64,000 nucleotides of DNA from assembly GCA_041697335.1 (NCBI GenBank), contig JBGUGD010000004.1, forward strand, positions 32,001 through 96,000, given 5' to 3'. The notes beneath the pieces are model-generated. The model was not told the origin of the DNA, searched no databases, and saw nothing but the letters and a program-made list of their open reading frames with translations. Each line of letters starts with the position of its first letter. The stretch's first letter is position 1. Shown piece by piece: positions 1 through 9,382 of the stretch. The stretch is from Vampirovibrionaceae bacterium NZW_1234. Lineage in GTDB: Bacteria; Cyanobacteriota; Vampirovibrionia; Vampirovibrionales; JAGQHJ01. The position numbers and the translations under genes are program-made.

Positions 1-507
1 CTTGGGCTTATGAGCCAGTGCCAGTTCCCGGACCTGGTTCATTTCCAGGAGGCCGGTTTGAGGGTTGAGTTTATAAGGGACGACATTGTAGTACAAGCCC
101 GAGAAATTCACTGGGGAACCGTGGGTCAAGTGACCGCCATGAGAGAGGTCCTGGCCCATAATGGTATCTCCGGGTTTCAGTCCAGCTGCCATAAAAGCGG
201 CCATATTAGCTTGCGCACCACTGTGGGGCTGAACGTTGGCGTGGTCACAGCCAAACAGCTGTTTAAGCCGATCGATTGCCAACTGTTCCACTTGATCGAC
301 ATACTCGCATCCGCCGTAATACCGCTTGCCCGGGAGGCCTTCTGCATATTTATTCGTCAGGACCGAGCCCATGGCTGCCAGGACAGCACTGCTGGTAAAA
401 TTTTCACTGGCAATTAATTCAATGGTCTCTTGCTGACGGCGCAACTCTTGTTGCATTAGGCCGTAAATTTCAGGGTCTACAGCGTTGAGAATGTCGGCTC
501 CTAGCAT
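1..507 (-). CDS. glyA: Serine hydroxymethyltransferase, 5' part (runs off window start)
   Basis: Manual minus-strand translation from ATG at 507: [39 protein letters not shown]...[20 protein letters not shown], the canonical SHMT N-terminus. The start overlaps the rpiB stop. Confidence 0.97.
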   Translation of the reverse strand, partial: MLGADILNAVDPEIYGLMQQELRRQQETIELIASENFTSSAVLAAMGSVLTNKYAEGLPGKRYYGGCEYVDQVEQLAIDRLKQLFGCDHANVQPHSGAQANMAAFMAAGLKPGDTIMGQDLSHGGHLTHGSPVNFSGLYYNVVPYKLNPQTGLLEMNQVRELALAHKPK

Positions 508-962
508 TGTACTTGGTCTCCTTGGGGGGCAGTATCCATTTTGTCCACGCGGCGTTGATGGCGGCCGCCTTCAAACGGGGTATTCATAAACACATCCAGC
601 AGTTCTTGAGCATACTCCGGGGCAACGACCCGTCCGCCAAAACAAATCACGTTGGCATCGTTATGGCGTCGGCTCATCGAGGCGGTATACAGATCATGGC
701 AGACCACAGCCCGGATTTTATCAAAACGATTGGCCGTGATAGCCATGCCTACCCCGCTGCCGCAACACAAAATACCTTGTAAATACTCCCCGTCCTGAAC
801 CGCACGAGCAACAAAACCGGCAATATCCGGATAGTCCACGCTGTCGGAGGTAAAGCACCCAAAATCTTTGTAGGGAATTTCCCGCTTCTCCAGGTAGTTT
901 TTCAAGGCTTCTTTCAGCTCAAAACCGGCGTGATCTGAGCCGATTGCAAAGGTTCCGTCCAT
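501..962 (-). CDS. rpiB: Ribose-5-phosphate isomerase B
   Basis: GSDHAG, DYPD, CGSGVG, RRHNDAN and GGRHQRR motifs. Confidence 0.97.
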   Translation of the reverse strand: MDGTFAIGSDHAGFELKEALKNYLEKREIPYKDFGCFTSDSVDYPDIAGFVARAVQDGEYLQGILCCGSGVGMAITANRFDKIRAVVCHDLYTASMSRRHNDANVICFGGRVVAPEYAQELLDVFMNTPFEGGRHQRRVDKMDTAPQGDQVQC

Positions 963-1227
963 AGCCTAATCCTTTTGTATCCTTCATCAATGTGCTCCAG
1001 TCTAACACAAAAGAAGCTCCCACAATAAGCTTCCGGCTATTGGCCGCTCAGGGGAGGTTTCGTACAGAAGAGGGCGGATGGGAATGGACTTGAGAATGTC
1101 AATGGAAAAGCCAAGCAATGGTATTCTAAAGAGACTTAGATTGACGCCAGTGCGTTGGCCTTTTGGCGTGTTTGGCGTAAAGTGACTATAGATGTATCGC
1201 CAGAGTTGAAGACGAAGGAAGGCTCAG

Positions 1228-1722
1228 ATGGAGAAAGTGGCGTTTAAGCCCAACACAGGCAAGCAGCGTATTGATGGTGTGGAAACAAAGGTTTTAAAAC
1301 CCATTGTGGATGAACGGGGCTTCTTGATGGAGACCATCCGTATCGATGATCCTCTGTTCAAAGGCTTTGGCCAGGCCTATGTTACCGCCGTCAATGAGGG
1401 TGTGGTTAAGGCCTGGCACTATCATGACGATCAAATTGACAACTTCATCTGTCTGGTCGGCCACATCAAGTTAGTTCTCTATGATTGCCGGGAAGAGTCT
1501 CCGACGTATGGGGTCGTCAACGAGTTCTTTATTGGCGAGCGCAACCCCATGCTGGTGCAGATTCCCAAACGGGTGTTGCATGGGTTTAAAGGGATCAGTG
1601 CTCCGCACGCCCTGGTGTTGAACCTGCCGGATAAACCCTATAACTATGAAAAGCCTGATGAATTCCGAGTGGATCCGCATACCAACGATGTGCCCTACGA
1701 TTGGGCCCGGAAAGACGGGTAA
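1228..1722 (+). CDS. rfbC: dTDP-4-dehydrorhamnose 3,5-epimerase family protein
   Basis: DERGFL, KAWHYH, D.R..SPTYG and HGF cupin motifs; adjacent to rfbB and rfbD. Confidence 0.85.
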   Translation: MEKVAFKPNTGKQRIDGVETKVLKPIVDERGFLMETIRIDDPLFKGFGQAYVTAVNEGVVKAWHYHDDQIDNFICLVGHIKLVLYDCREESPTYGVVNEFFIGERNPMLVQIPKRVLHGFKGISAPHALVLNLPDKPYNYEKPDEFRVDPHTNDVPYDWARKDG

Positions 1723-1725
1723 CCC

Positions 1726-2763
1726 ATGAGGATTCTGGTAACGGGTGGCGCCGGTTTTATTGGGTCTTGGATCATACGCCAACTCCTGACGAGGCATCCA
1801 GAGGTCACCGCAGTGATTAATCTGGACTTGCTGACGTATGCCGGTAATCTGGAAAACCTGACCGATGTCGATCAAGATTCGCGCTATCGCTTCGTCCACG
1901 GGGATATCCGTGACGCTGACTTGGCCAATACCCTGATGGCCGAAGTGGATGTCTGTATCCATGCGGCGGCAGAAACCCATGTGGACAGAAGCATCAGCAA
2001 TCCCTTGGCCTTTTTGGAAACCAATACACTGGGGACTCAGGTATTGCTTGAGGCGGCCCGACAGCATCGATTGAGTAAGTTTGTTCTGGTCTCTACCGAT
2101 GAAGTATACGGAAGCCTGCCCCTGGAGACAGAGGAGAAATTTACGGAACTGACCTCGCTGAAGCCCAACAGTCCCTATGCTGCAAGCAAGGCTGCGGCAG
2201 ATCTCATGGCGATGAGCTACTTTAAAACCTTTGGTCTTCCGGTCTGCATTACCCGGTGTGGCAACAACTATGGCCCCAATCAGTACCCCGAGAAACTGAT
2301 TCCTTTTTTCATTCTCAAAGGCCTGCGCGGTGAGTCTTTACCGGTTTATGGCGATGGCTTAAATGTTCGGGATTGGATCTACGTGGCCGATCATGCCGAG
2401 GCTGTCATCCAGGTTTTGAATCAAGGCACACCGGGACAGGTCTACAATATTGGGGCAACCGAGCAACGCAATAATCTCCAGATGACCCGCTTGATTCTGG
2501 ATGCCTTGGGGCTGTCCGACTCCAAGATGCAATTTGTGGAAGATCGTCCCGGGCATGATCGCCGTTATGCCTTGGATACGACCAAAATTCGTCAGGAACT
2601 CGGCTGGACACCTCAGCATTCCTTTGAAGATGCCATTGCTCTGACTTTGAAATGGTACCAGGAGAATACCCAATGGATTGAAAACGTCCTGGCACGGCAG
2701 CAACGTGAAAAAACGGCACCGGGGGCCGCATGGTTATCCAGCAAAAACACCAACGCATCTTAG
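1726..2763 (+). CDS. rfbB: dTDP-glucose 4,6-dehydratase
   Basis: TGGAGFIG, AAETHVDRS, STDEVYG, YAASK and DRPGHDRRY motifs. Confidence 0.96.
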   Translation: MRILVTGGAGFIGSWIIRQLLTRHPEVTAVINLDLLTYAGNLENLTDVDQDSRYRFVHGDIRDADLANTLMAEVDVCIHAAAETHVDRSISNPLAFLETNTLGTQVLLEAARQHRLSKFVLVSTDEVYGSLPLETEEKFTELTSLKPNSPYAASKAAADLMAMSYFKTFGLPVCITRCGNNYGPNQYPEKLIPFFILKGLRGESLPVYGDGLNVRDWIYVADHAEAVIQVLNQGTPGQVYNIGATEQRNNLQMTRLILDALGLSDSKMQFVEDRPGHDRRYALDTTKIRQELGWTPQHSFEDAIALTLKWYQENTQWIENVLARQQREKTAPGAAWLSSKNTNAS

Positions 2764-3608
2764 TTACTGGGGCTGCAGGCAGTTTAGGGCAGGATTTGGT
2801 TCGCTATTGGTCAGATCCAGCTTATAACGTCGAGGTGATTGGCACCACGTCCGATGATTTCAATCTGACCTGGGATGCAGTTACCCTGCTCCAGACCCTC
2901 GATGCCATTTCTCCTGATATGATTGTCAATGCGGCGGCCTTTACTCAGGTGGATGCTGCGGAATCACAATACGATAAAGCACTTCAGGTGAATGCTCATG
3001 CCCCGGGTGTTCTTGCCGATTGGGTGAGAGCCCATGGGGCCTATCTCGTGCACATCAGTACGGATTATGTATTTGATGGGACCAAAGGAGCCCCCTATTT
3101 ACCCACGGATGCCCCCAACCCCATTAACCGTTACGGCGAATCCAAGCGTCTTGGAGAGCAACATGTTCTGGCCACGGCGCCTGACAATGCCGCAGTGATC
3201 CGGACGAGCTGGCTCTATGGCTCCGGCTCTCGTAATTTTGTACCCTTCATCTTGCAATCGGCTCAGGTCTCTTCCCCCATACGCGTGGCCCGGGATCAGT
3301 GGGGCACCCCAACCTGGACGCAGGATTTATGTGACATGATTGAGCAAGCCAGAGTGGAGCGTTTGAAAGGTATTTTTCATGGCTGTTCTCTTGGCCAGAC
3401 AACCCGCTATGAACAAGCCGTTTTTCTCTGTGACTGTATGGCTGCTTCCACAGGGTTTATGACACCGGTGGAGACTGATGTGTTTGGATTCCCTGCAAAG
3501 CGTCCCCATAACACGGCCATGGTTTCGAGCTTTGACTGTGCTCGGGACTGGAAGGAGGCAACAGAGGCGTTTATGCGACAGCAAGGATTGCTATTGCGCC
3601 ATGGCTAA
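2730..3608 (+). CDS. rfbD: dTDP-4-dehydrorhamnose reductase
   Basis: NAAAFTQVD.AE, STDYVFDG, YGESK and DQWGTPT motifs; exact start uncertain. Confidence 0.93.
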   Translation: MVIQQKHQRILVTGAAGSLGQDLVRYWSDPAYNVEVIGTTSDDFNLTWDAVTLLQTLDAISPDMIVNAAAFTQVDAAESQYDKALQVNAHAPGVLADWVRAHGAYLVHISTDYVFDGTKGAPYLPTDAPNPINRYGESKRLGEQHVLATAPDNAAVIRTSWLYGSGSRNFVPFILQSAQVSSPIRVARDQWGTPTWTQDLCDMIEQARVERLKGIFHGCSLGQTTRYEQAVFLCDCMAASTGFMTPVETDVFGFPAKRPHNTAMVSSFDCARDWKEATEAFMRQQGLLLRHG

Positions 3609-4644
3609 TCGGGTGATGGTATCGGGCTATTATGGCTTTGAGAACTTCGGCGATGACCTGATTCTTGAGGTCATTGTCCAGCAGCTTCAGGAATGCGGCT
3701 TTGTGCCGGTGGTATTGTCCGGCAATCCCGCCCTGACGCTAAAGCAATACCCTGGCGTGGAGGCCTTGCCCAGGGCCGAGGTCGGTGCTATTTGGAAAGC
3801 CCTGGGGGATATGCGAGCCTTTATCAGTGGTGGAGGCGGTCTTTTTCAAGATGTGACCGGCCCGGCAAGCCCTATCTATTATGGAGGGCTCATCGAAATG
3901 GCCCATTGGCGCCGATGTCCGGTCGCCTTTTTCGGTCAGGGAATCGGGCCTTTGAGTTCCCGTCTGGGGCGCTTCTTAACTTCCAGAGCCTTGTCCCACG
4001 CAGGCCTCATCGTGGTCCGGGATGTCAAAAGTCAAGCCCTGGCCTATCAACTGATGGGTACGTTACGCAGTCGCAACGTGGGGCTGATGGGCGATCCGGT
4101 ATGGATGTGGCAACCACCGGCCGACTCTTCTTACGACGAGTCTCGACCTTTGGGTATTTCCCTGCGTCCCTGGGGGCAATTACGGGATGAGGATATCCAG
4201 CATTTGGCCAATGTCCTGGCCCAGATCCCTCAGGTAAAGGCGGCTGGCTTGAACTTAATTGACTGTCAAGCCGGGGTTGATATCCTTCCCTTGGCCAAGT
4301 TGGAAAAAGCTCTAAAAGCCTACCAGATTCGCTGTTTTTGGTTTGCTGAAACACAGGCTCAGGTGGGGATTGCGCAATCCAGTGGTCTGTTGGCCATGCG
4401 TTTTCACGCGGTTTTGACCGCGGCACGGATGGGCATCCCCACAGTAACCCTCTCCTATGACCCCAAGGTACAGCTTTTGGCGGCTCAACTGAAGCTCACC
4501 GATTATCCCGTTCATACCTTGATGGCCCTTCAAGCAGAGGACATTCAGGACGCGCTTAAACCGGCGGATCCGGCAACCGTTCAAACCCTGACACAAGACG
4601 CCCAAAAAGGGTTCTCCCTTCTGAAGAATTGGCTCATTCGCTAA
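3601..4644 (+). CDS. csaB: Polysaccharide pyruvyl transferase CsaB
   Basis: GYYGFENFGDD, GGGGLFQDVT, GQGIGP, MRFHA and SYDPKV motifs; ATG at 3601 overlaps the rfbD end. Confidence 0.9.
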   Translation: MANRVMVSGYYGFENFGDDLILEVIVQQLQECGFVPVVLSGNPALTLKQYPGVEALPRAEVGAIWKALGDMRAFISGGGGLFQDVTGPASPIYYGGLIEMAHWRRCPVAFFGQGIGPLSSRLGRFLTSRALSHAGLIVVRDVKSQALAYQLMGTLRSRNVGLMGDPVWMWQPPADSSYDESRPLGISLRPWGQLRDEDIQHLANVLAQIPQVKAAGLNLIDCQAGVDILPLAKLEKALKAYQIRCFWFAETQAQVGIAQSSGLLAMRFHAVLTAARMGIPTVTLSYDPKVQLLAAQLKLTDYPVHTLMALQAEDIQDALKPADPATVQTLTQDAQKGFSLLKNWLIR

Positions 4645-4748
4645 TCCGTTCGCTATTTTAGGTATCCGGATATCGGCCGTTGTGAGTCAAGGCGAGTCAA
4701 AATGAGTCAAAAAAGACCCATGCCTATTGACTCATATGTTTTGCTCAC

Positions 4749-6014
4749 CTAGAGGCCGTGGGTCAGCGGGGCGTTCTTTTGTTTGAACTCGGCATAGGAC
4801 ATTTGCCCATCCAGGGTTTTGCCGCCATGCTTGCGTAGACGATTATAGACATATTCACCGGCGTCACTGCAGGGGATTTTATTGCCGTCATGCCGGTATT
4901 CAATCAGTTGCCCACTGACCAGGTTCCGTAGTGCCTTGTCATGGTTCGGGTGAATGAACATGGGGATAGAGAATCGGCTTTTTTCCAGCTGTTGATCATT
5001 GCCCACCACTTTGTGTGAGGTTGAGCGCAAGGCATTGGGATGCCCTTCGGTAATGAGAGAAAGCATATCGCCGACATTCACAATGAGATCACCTACCTTG
5101 AAATCTCCCGGCTGCCATTTTGTTTCGTCCTTGGCTTCAACGTCCATCCATTGTCCGTCTTTTTTTAGGATTTGAAGTCCACCCAACGTGGCGGCCGGTA
5201 ACAAGGTGATGTAATTCATGTCATTATGGGCACCTGCGCGGATGACCTTGCCATTTTCATCCTTGTTGAGCCGGTCTTCTGCGGGAATGGGCGGGTAGTG
5301 GATGGAGCGCATCATATGGGAGCCGATTTTTTTGCCGCTGTCGTCCACCAGGGTGGATTTCAGATACCCGTTGTCATTCAGGAACAAGCCAATGGCATCC
5401 ATCAGTTGAAGGCCCACATCTTCCATCGATTGGTAGAGCTTATCGCTGGCGGCTTGGTAGTCAGGCACTTCTACAGGATAATCGTTCCGAGAACGCCCGG
5501 CTTGCCAAGCCTCTTTGGGATCCGGCGTGGTTTTTTTGCCATCCACAGTGCTGCCTTTGAGTTCACTTTTCATCGGGTAATACCCGCGTTGGCTGCCAAT
5601 TTCCGGGTGGTAATATTTTTTCTTGGTTGCTTCATCCAGGCCCACAACCTGGCCCAGAAGCTTGTAATTTTCTTCGAACAAGCTTTTGGGGATGCCATGA
5701 CCGGTGACGGCCACAAATCCATATTCTTTGAAGCTGTCTCCCAGAGCTTTGGCGAAGGCGGCCTTTGCTGTGGCGTCTCCATTGACGAACTGTGACAGGT
5801 CGACGACGGGAATTTTTTCAGCGGTTTTTGGAGCGCTTGAAAAGCGCACGTGCTGAACGGCGACCAGCCGATCACTAAAATGATGGCGGGACAGGGAATG
5901 CAGTGAACCAGGTGATCCCCCTGGATTCTTCGGAGTCGAGATGGGCTTTAGCGGACGCCGTTTGGGTGCCATGGCGTGTTGCAATGCTTGGGTTGAGGTA
6001 AAAGAAACGTTCAT
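4749..6014 (-). CDS. 2OG-Fe(II) oxygenase (isopenicillin N synthase-like) with ~60-aa N-terminal extension
   Basis: IPVVDLS, HxD (HND), NVGDML, H (TSHKV) and RFS motifs; GGGGAG RBS before ATG 6014. Confidence 0.88.
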   Translation of the reverse strand: MNVSFTSTQALQHAMAPKRRPLKPISTPKNPGGSPGSLHSLSRHHFSDRLVAVQHVRFSSAPKTAEKIPVVDLSQFVNGDATAKAAFAKALGDSFKEYGFVAVTGHGIPKSLFEENYKLLGQVVGLDEATKKKYYHPEIGSQRGYYPMKSELKGSTVDGKKTTPDPKEAWQAGRSRNDYPVEVPDYQAASDKLYQSMEDVGLQLMDAIGLFLNDNGYLKSTLVDDSGKKIGSHMMRSIHYPPIPAEDRLNKDENGKVIRAGAHNDMNYITLLPAATLGGLQILKKDGQWMDVEAKDETKWQPGDFKVGDLIVNVGDMLSLITEGHPNALRSTSHKVVGNDQQLEKSRFSIPMFIHPNHDKALRNLVSGQLIEYRHDGNKIPCSDAGEYVYNRLRKHGGKTLDGQMSYAEFKQKNAPLTHGL

Positions 6015-6275
6015 GTAGTGCTCCCCCTGAAGATTGATAGCAGTGGATCGCATGAGCGAATCCTAGGGCCTTATGTATCGTAAACAGAGGTTATGTTCAA
6101 GTTGTTTTTTAAAACTAGGTGCAAAAAGTCTCAATAGGGCAAGTTTGTGGCAGGGGAATGTCCGATGGGGTTTAATCAATATTTACAAAATAACACTAAA
6201 ATCCTTAAGAATTTTTTAATATATATAGATTCTTTTCGGTAGGAACTATAATAAATGTTGGGAGGACACTAGCCA

Positions 6276-6461
6276 ATGAAAGACCAGGCTTCTCACAAAA
6301 AATCGGCTAAAAAAAGCAAGTTTATCAACGACAAGCATTTTAAAGGCTACCAAAAACCTAAAATGGTTGAAGCAGCGCAAGATTTGCTCTGCAAGGAAGA
6401 AATTTCCGAAGAAGCTTTCTTGGGCGCTCAAGCGATTTTGCTCTTGAACGACATGATTTAG
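6276..6461 (+). CDS. Small hypothetical protein (basic N-terminus, acidic C-terminus)
   Basis: GGAGG RBS, AT-rich upstream region, and a hairpin at 6470-6489 followed further on by T-runs. Confidence 0.65.
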   Translation: MKDQASHKKSAKKSKFINDKHFKGYQKPKMVEAAQDLLCKEEISEEAFLGAQAILLLNDMI

Positions 6462-6892
6462 ATTTGTCAGCGACGGCTCTTACCGTCGCCGTTGTCCTAT
6501 GTTCGGTTTTTTTATTTTTTTCTCGCTTTAAGTCTCTCTTTTCTTCTCATTTAAAAATTCAAATCGATGACTCCCTGATTTGGGGTTTTAGCCCTGCGCT
6601 AAAAAACCATGGGGAGGACACGTTGCTTCTTGGCGCCCTTGCGATAAAAGGTCTGTGAGAGCCTAAGGACAACAGAGATGTTCATGGTCTGTTCTCAGGT
6701 CTTCTGAGAGCTGGTTCGAATGTGTGTGATATGTGTGCCCGGGCGACCTCACCAGAGGTCGCCCTCAATTTTTGTGGTGGGGCAGCAGTGTCATCAGCAG
6801 GTTTCATAATAACTTCGGGGGAGGACAAATAAGGGGCTTTTGGGCATAATAGTCATGCATTACCCCTGTGCACCTGTGAAGGAGTTCATTCC

Positions 6893-7591
6893 ATGAAAGT
6901 TGAGCAGAGCAAAGGCCAAGGCATTTGGATTCTTGCAGTTGCTTTGGGGCTTGCGGTTTTCTGTGTCTTTGCTTACCAGCACCTCACTTTAAACCATCAT
7001 GTTCGAAGGGATCTTAACTCCATGTTGGGTCCGCAAGCTCAGGCAGCGCCATTTCCTTATAAACCGTTCCCACATCCGCCTGCTCCCCAACATCGTTCAG
7101 AGCCTTTTCAATCCGAATCCTCCGGTTCTGTTTTCGATGATCTCCTGACCTTAAGCGATTCGCCGTTATTTGACCTGGGGCACATGGCTCAGGCGATGCC
7201 AACGGTGCAGATTGTAGAAACGCCAAAAACCTATGATGTGATTGTTCCGTTAGCCGATCCAAACGATGAAAAGTCTGTGACCATTGAGGTCAAACCCCAC
7301 CATATACAGGTGGCCGGGCAGCTGACCCTGGTGTCTCCCAATGGCAAGCAGGTGTTGGGACAATCGAGTTTTATGAAATCCATGACCCTATCCGAGGAAG
7401 TGCTGCCTGCCAGCATGCGTCGGGAAATAAAGAACCGCCAGTTGCATGTGACGCTTCTGAAAAAACATCCCGGTCGTCGGGCCCCCTCGCCTGTGCCTGA
7501 AAAGCTACAAACGCCCCCGTCAGGTACCGCGCCAACCCTTCCTCAGCAGCTGGAAGAAGAACTTCAGAACCAGCCGAAGAGTTTTATTTAG
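6893..7591 (+). CDS. Hsp20/alpha-crystallin-like domain protein with N-terminal membrane anchor
   Basis: N-terminal hydrophobic helix; the C-terminal half (ETPKTYDV...SSFMKSMTL...QLHVTLLK) resembles an alpha-crystallin domain; AAGGAG RBS. Confidence 0.65.
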   Translation: MKVEQSKGQGIWILAVALGLAVFCVFAYQHLTLNHHVRRDLNSMLGPQAQAAPFPYKPFPHPPAPQHRSEPFQSESSGSVFDDLLTLSDSPLFDLGHMAQAMPTVQIVETPKTYDVIVPLADPNDEKSVTIEVKPHHIQVAGQLTLVSPNGKQVLGQSSFMKSMTLSEEVLPASMRREIKNRQLHVTLLKKHPGRRAPSPVPEKLQTPPSGTAPTLPQQLEEELQNQPKSFI

Positions 7592-7734
7592 CTTAAACGT
7601 CTTCCATTATGGGTTTTTAAGGTTTAGTTTTCCTTAAAGCTGGGAATAATAAGCAAAAAAACGATTTTTAGAAGCTTGTGTCCCAAACCCAATGTTTTTT
7701 AGCCCTGGTGACAAGCCCAAAAATCCATAAATAT

Positions 7735-7909
7735 CGACAAAACGCGTCGATACGCGTTGAAACCCAATTTTTATGGAGGTGAAAATCTGTAAATCCTTGT
7801 AGGGAAGGTGTTTTGCCTGGATAGGATGGGGCAGAACGACGCGAATCAGACGTCAAACTGTCACAAAAGGGTCGAACGTTGTCGCTTTTTTGTCGAATCA
7901 CAGTCGATT
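7735..7909. repeat. Phased-motif intergenic element, copy A
   Basis: CG(A/T)Y at 7735/7745/7755; core AAATCCTTG at 7791; G(A/T)C(G/A) at 7838, 7849, 7860, 7871, 7881, 7892 and 7903; homologous to 42204-42378. Confidence 0.75.
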
Positions 7910-8002
7910 GGAACGGACCTGGAAGAAAGCCTGCCCGGAAAGTCCTGGGGCAACGCTACAAAATGATACAATAGGTGAAAGAGAACTTCTCGGGTTGGCG
8001 TT

Positions 8003-9253
8003 GTGACATCACAAACGGAATTGGATAAATTTGTCAAACTGGGTATCGGCCTCTTGGCCTGGGCAACCCTCATCTGGATGCTGTCTCGGGTGGCCTTGTT
8101 TTTTAACGAATTGGCCGTTTTTATTGGGTTTGTGGTCTTGGCCACCTATCTCCTGCTCGGGCCCGTCAATGGCCTTGAGCGTTGGCTTCGGCAGGTCCTT
8201 CGGAAGCTATGTCACAACAAAGGACCCTTCTATGCCGGATTTGCCCCGTGGCTGAGAACGGGCTCGATCTTGTTCGTCTACTTGGTTTTCTTATCCGGGC
8301 TTTTGTGGACCAGCTTGCGATTTGTGCCGTTGACCATTGGTCAGCTTGAGCAGTTTACCAATCAGTTGCCCTTATATGCCCATCAAGCGGAAGAATGGGC
8401 GATGAGTCAGCGATTGGCCCGACCATTTTTCCGGCGAGAGATGAGTGCGTTAAAGTTATCCGGGCATATTCCCCAAGCTCAGCAGGCGATCCTGGAGGCC
8501 GAGTCTCGGGCCAACCAGGGGAAACAGGGCCCCTTGAGCCCGATGGAGAAGCAGGTTATCCGAGAAAATCTTTTTGATATGGCGGGGAATTTCAACACGT
8601 TCTTGGTGGATTCCATCCGCCAAGCGGTTGCCAATGTTGTTAATGTCATTGGATCGACCTTAACCGGGTTTATTTATGCGCTGACCGGGCTGGTGTTGGT
8701 CTTCTACTTTCTCTTGGACGGCCGGGTTTTAAAGTCCGGCTTTATCCAAATGCTTCCGACAGAGAGCCAGGAAACAGCCGACTTCCTGTTGGAGCGCTTC
8801 CATGGCTTGATGTTTGGCTTCATTAAGGGCCAAGTGCTTTTAGCCGCGGCAACGGGCGTATTTATGGTACTTGTCTACTGGTGGTTTGAGGTTCCTTATG
8901 CCATTTTCCTGGGCACATTTTTTGGTCTGGCAGGGATTATCCCTCTGATTGGTCCAGTCTTGGGCTTTATTCCGGGCGCCGTTGTTCTATTATCGATGAG
9001 CCCATGGAAGTTCTTTTTTGTGATGCTTCTGGTCTATGCGTTTCACGTCATTAAGGATAACGTGGTTGCACCAAGAGTGATGGGGCGAGTGATGGGATTA
9101 CACCCTGTCATGGTGATTGTTTCATTACTGGCCTGTGCAAAAATGGCCGGACTGGTTGGAGTTTTGTACGCCATCCCTTTAGCCAGTATGGCCAACGTAC
9201 TGGTGACGTTTCTTCGCCATAGAAGCAGTCTGAAAACCGAAGTCTTGTCGTGA
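8003..9253 (+). CDS. AI-2E family (UPF0118/PerM) transporter
   Basis: FYFLLDG, FIKGQ, IPLIGP and P.VMG..MGLHP motifs; multiple TM segments. Confidence 0.9.
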   Translation: MTSQTELDKFVKLGIGLLAWATLIWMLSRVALFFNELAVFIGFVVLATYLLLGPVNGLERWLRQVLRKLCHNKGPFYAGFAPWLRTGSILFVYLVFLSGLLWTSLRFVPLTIGQLEQFTNQLPLYAHQAEEWAMSQRLARPFFRREMSALKLSGHIPQAQQAILEAESRANQGKQGPLSPMEKQVIRENLFDMAGNFNTFLVDSIRQAVANVVNVIGSTLTGFIYALTGLVLVFYFLLDGRVLKSGFIQMLPTESQETADFLLERFHGLMFGFIKGQVLLAAATGVFMVLVYWWFEVPYAIFLGTFFGLAGIIPLIGPVLGFIPGAVVLLSMSPWKFFFVMLLVYAFHVIKDNVVAPRVMGRVMGLHPVMVIVSLLACAKMAGLVGVLYAIPLASMANVLVTFLRHRSSLKTEVLS

Positions 9254-9382
9254 TTTTCGCCGGACTGTGAAAAAAACTTTCCTCTCGGAGGCAATTTGTC
9301 CAAAGGATATGTTTTTATTCATTTAAGAGATACTTAGTATCTCTTTATGAACGTTTAGGGATCGTATTACGGAGACGCGATT

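Noticed and set aside
10..417. 135-aa plus-strand ORF in the track
   Set aside because: Antisense shadow of glyA, which is clearly encoded on the minus strand.
1141..1190. TTGGC(G/C) repeats upstream of rfbC
   Set aside because: Irregular 8-9-bp spacing and too few copies to distinguish from chance.
7735..7909. Phased repeats considered as a CRISPR array (also 42204-42378)
   Set aside because: Repeat units are only 4-5 bp at a 10-11-bp period, with no 25-40-bp repeats, no spacers and no cas genes.
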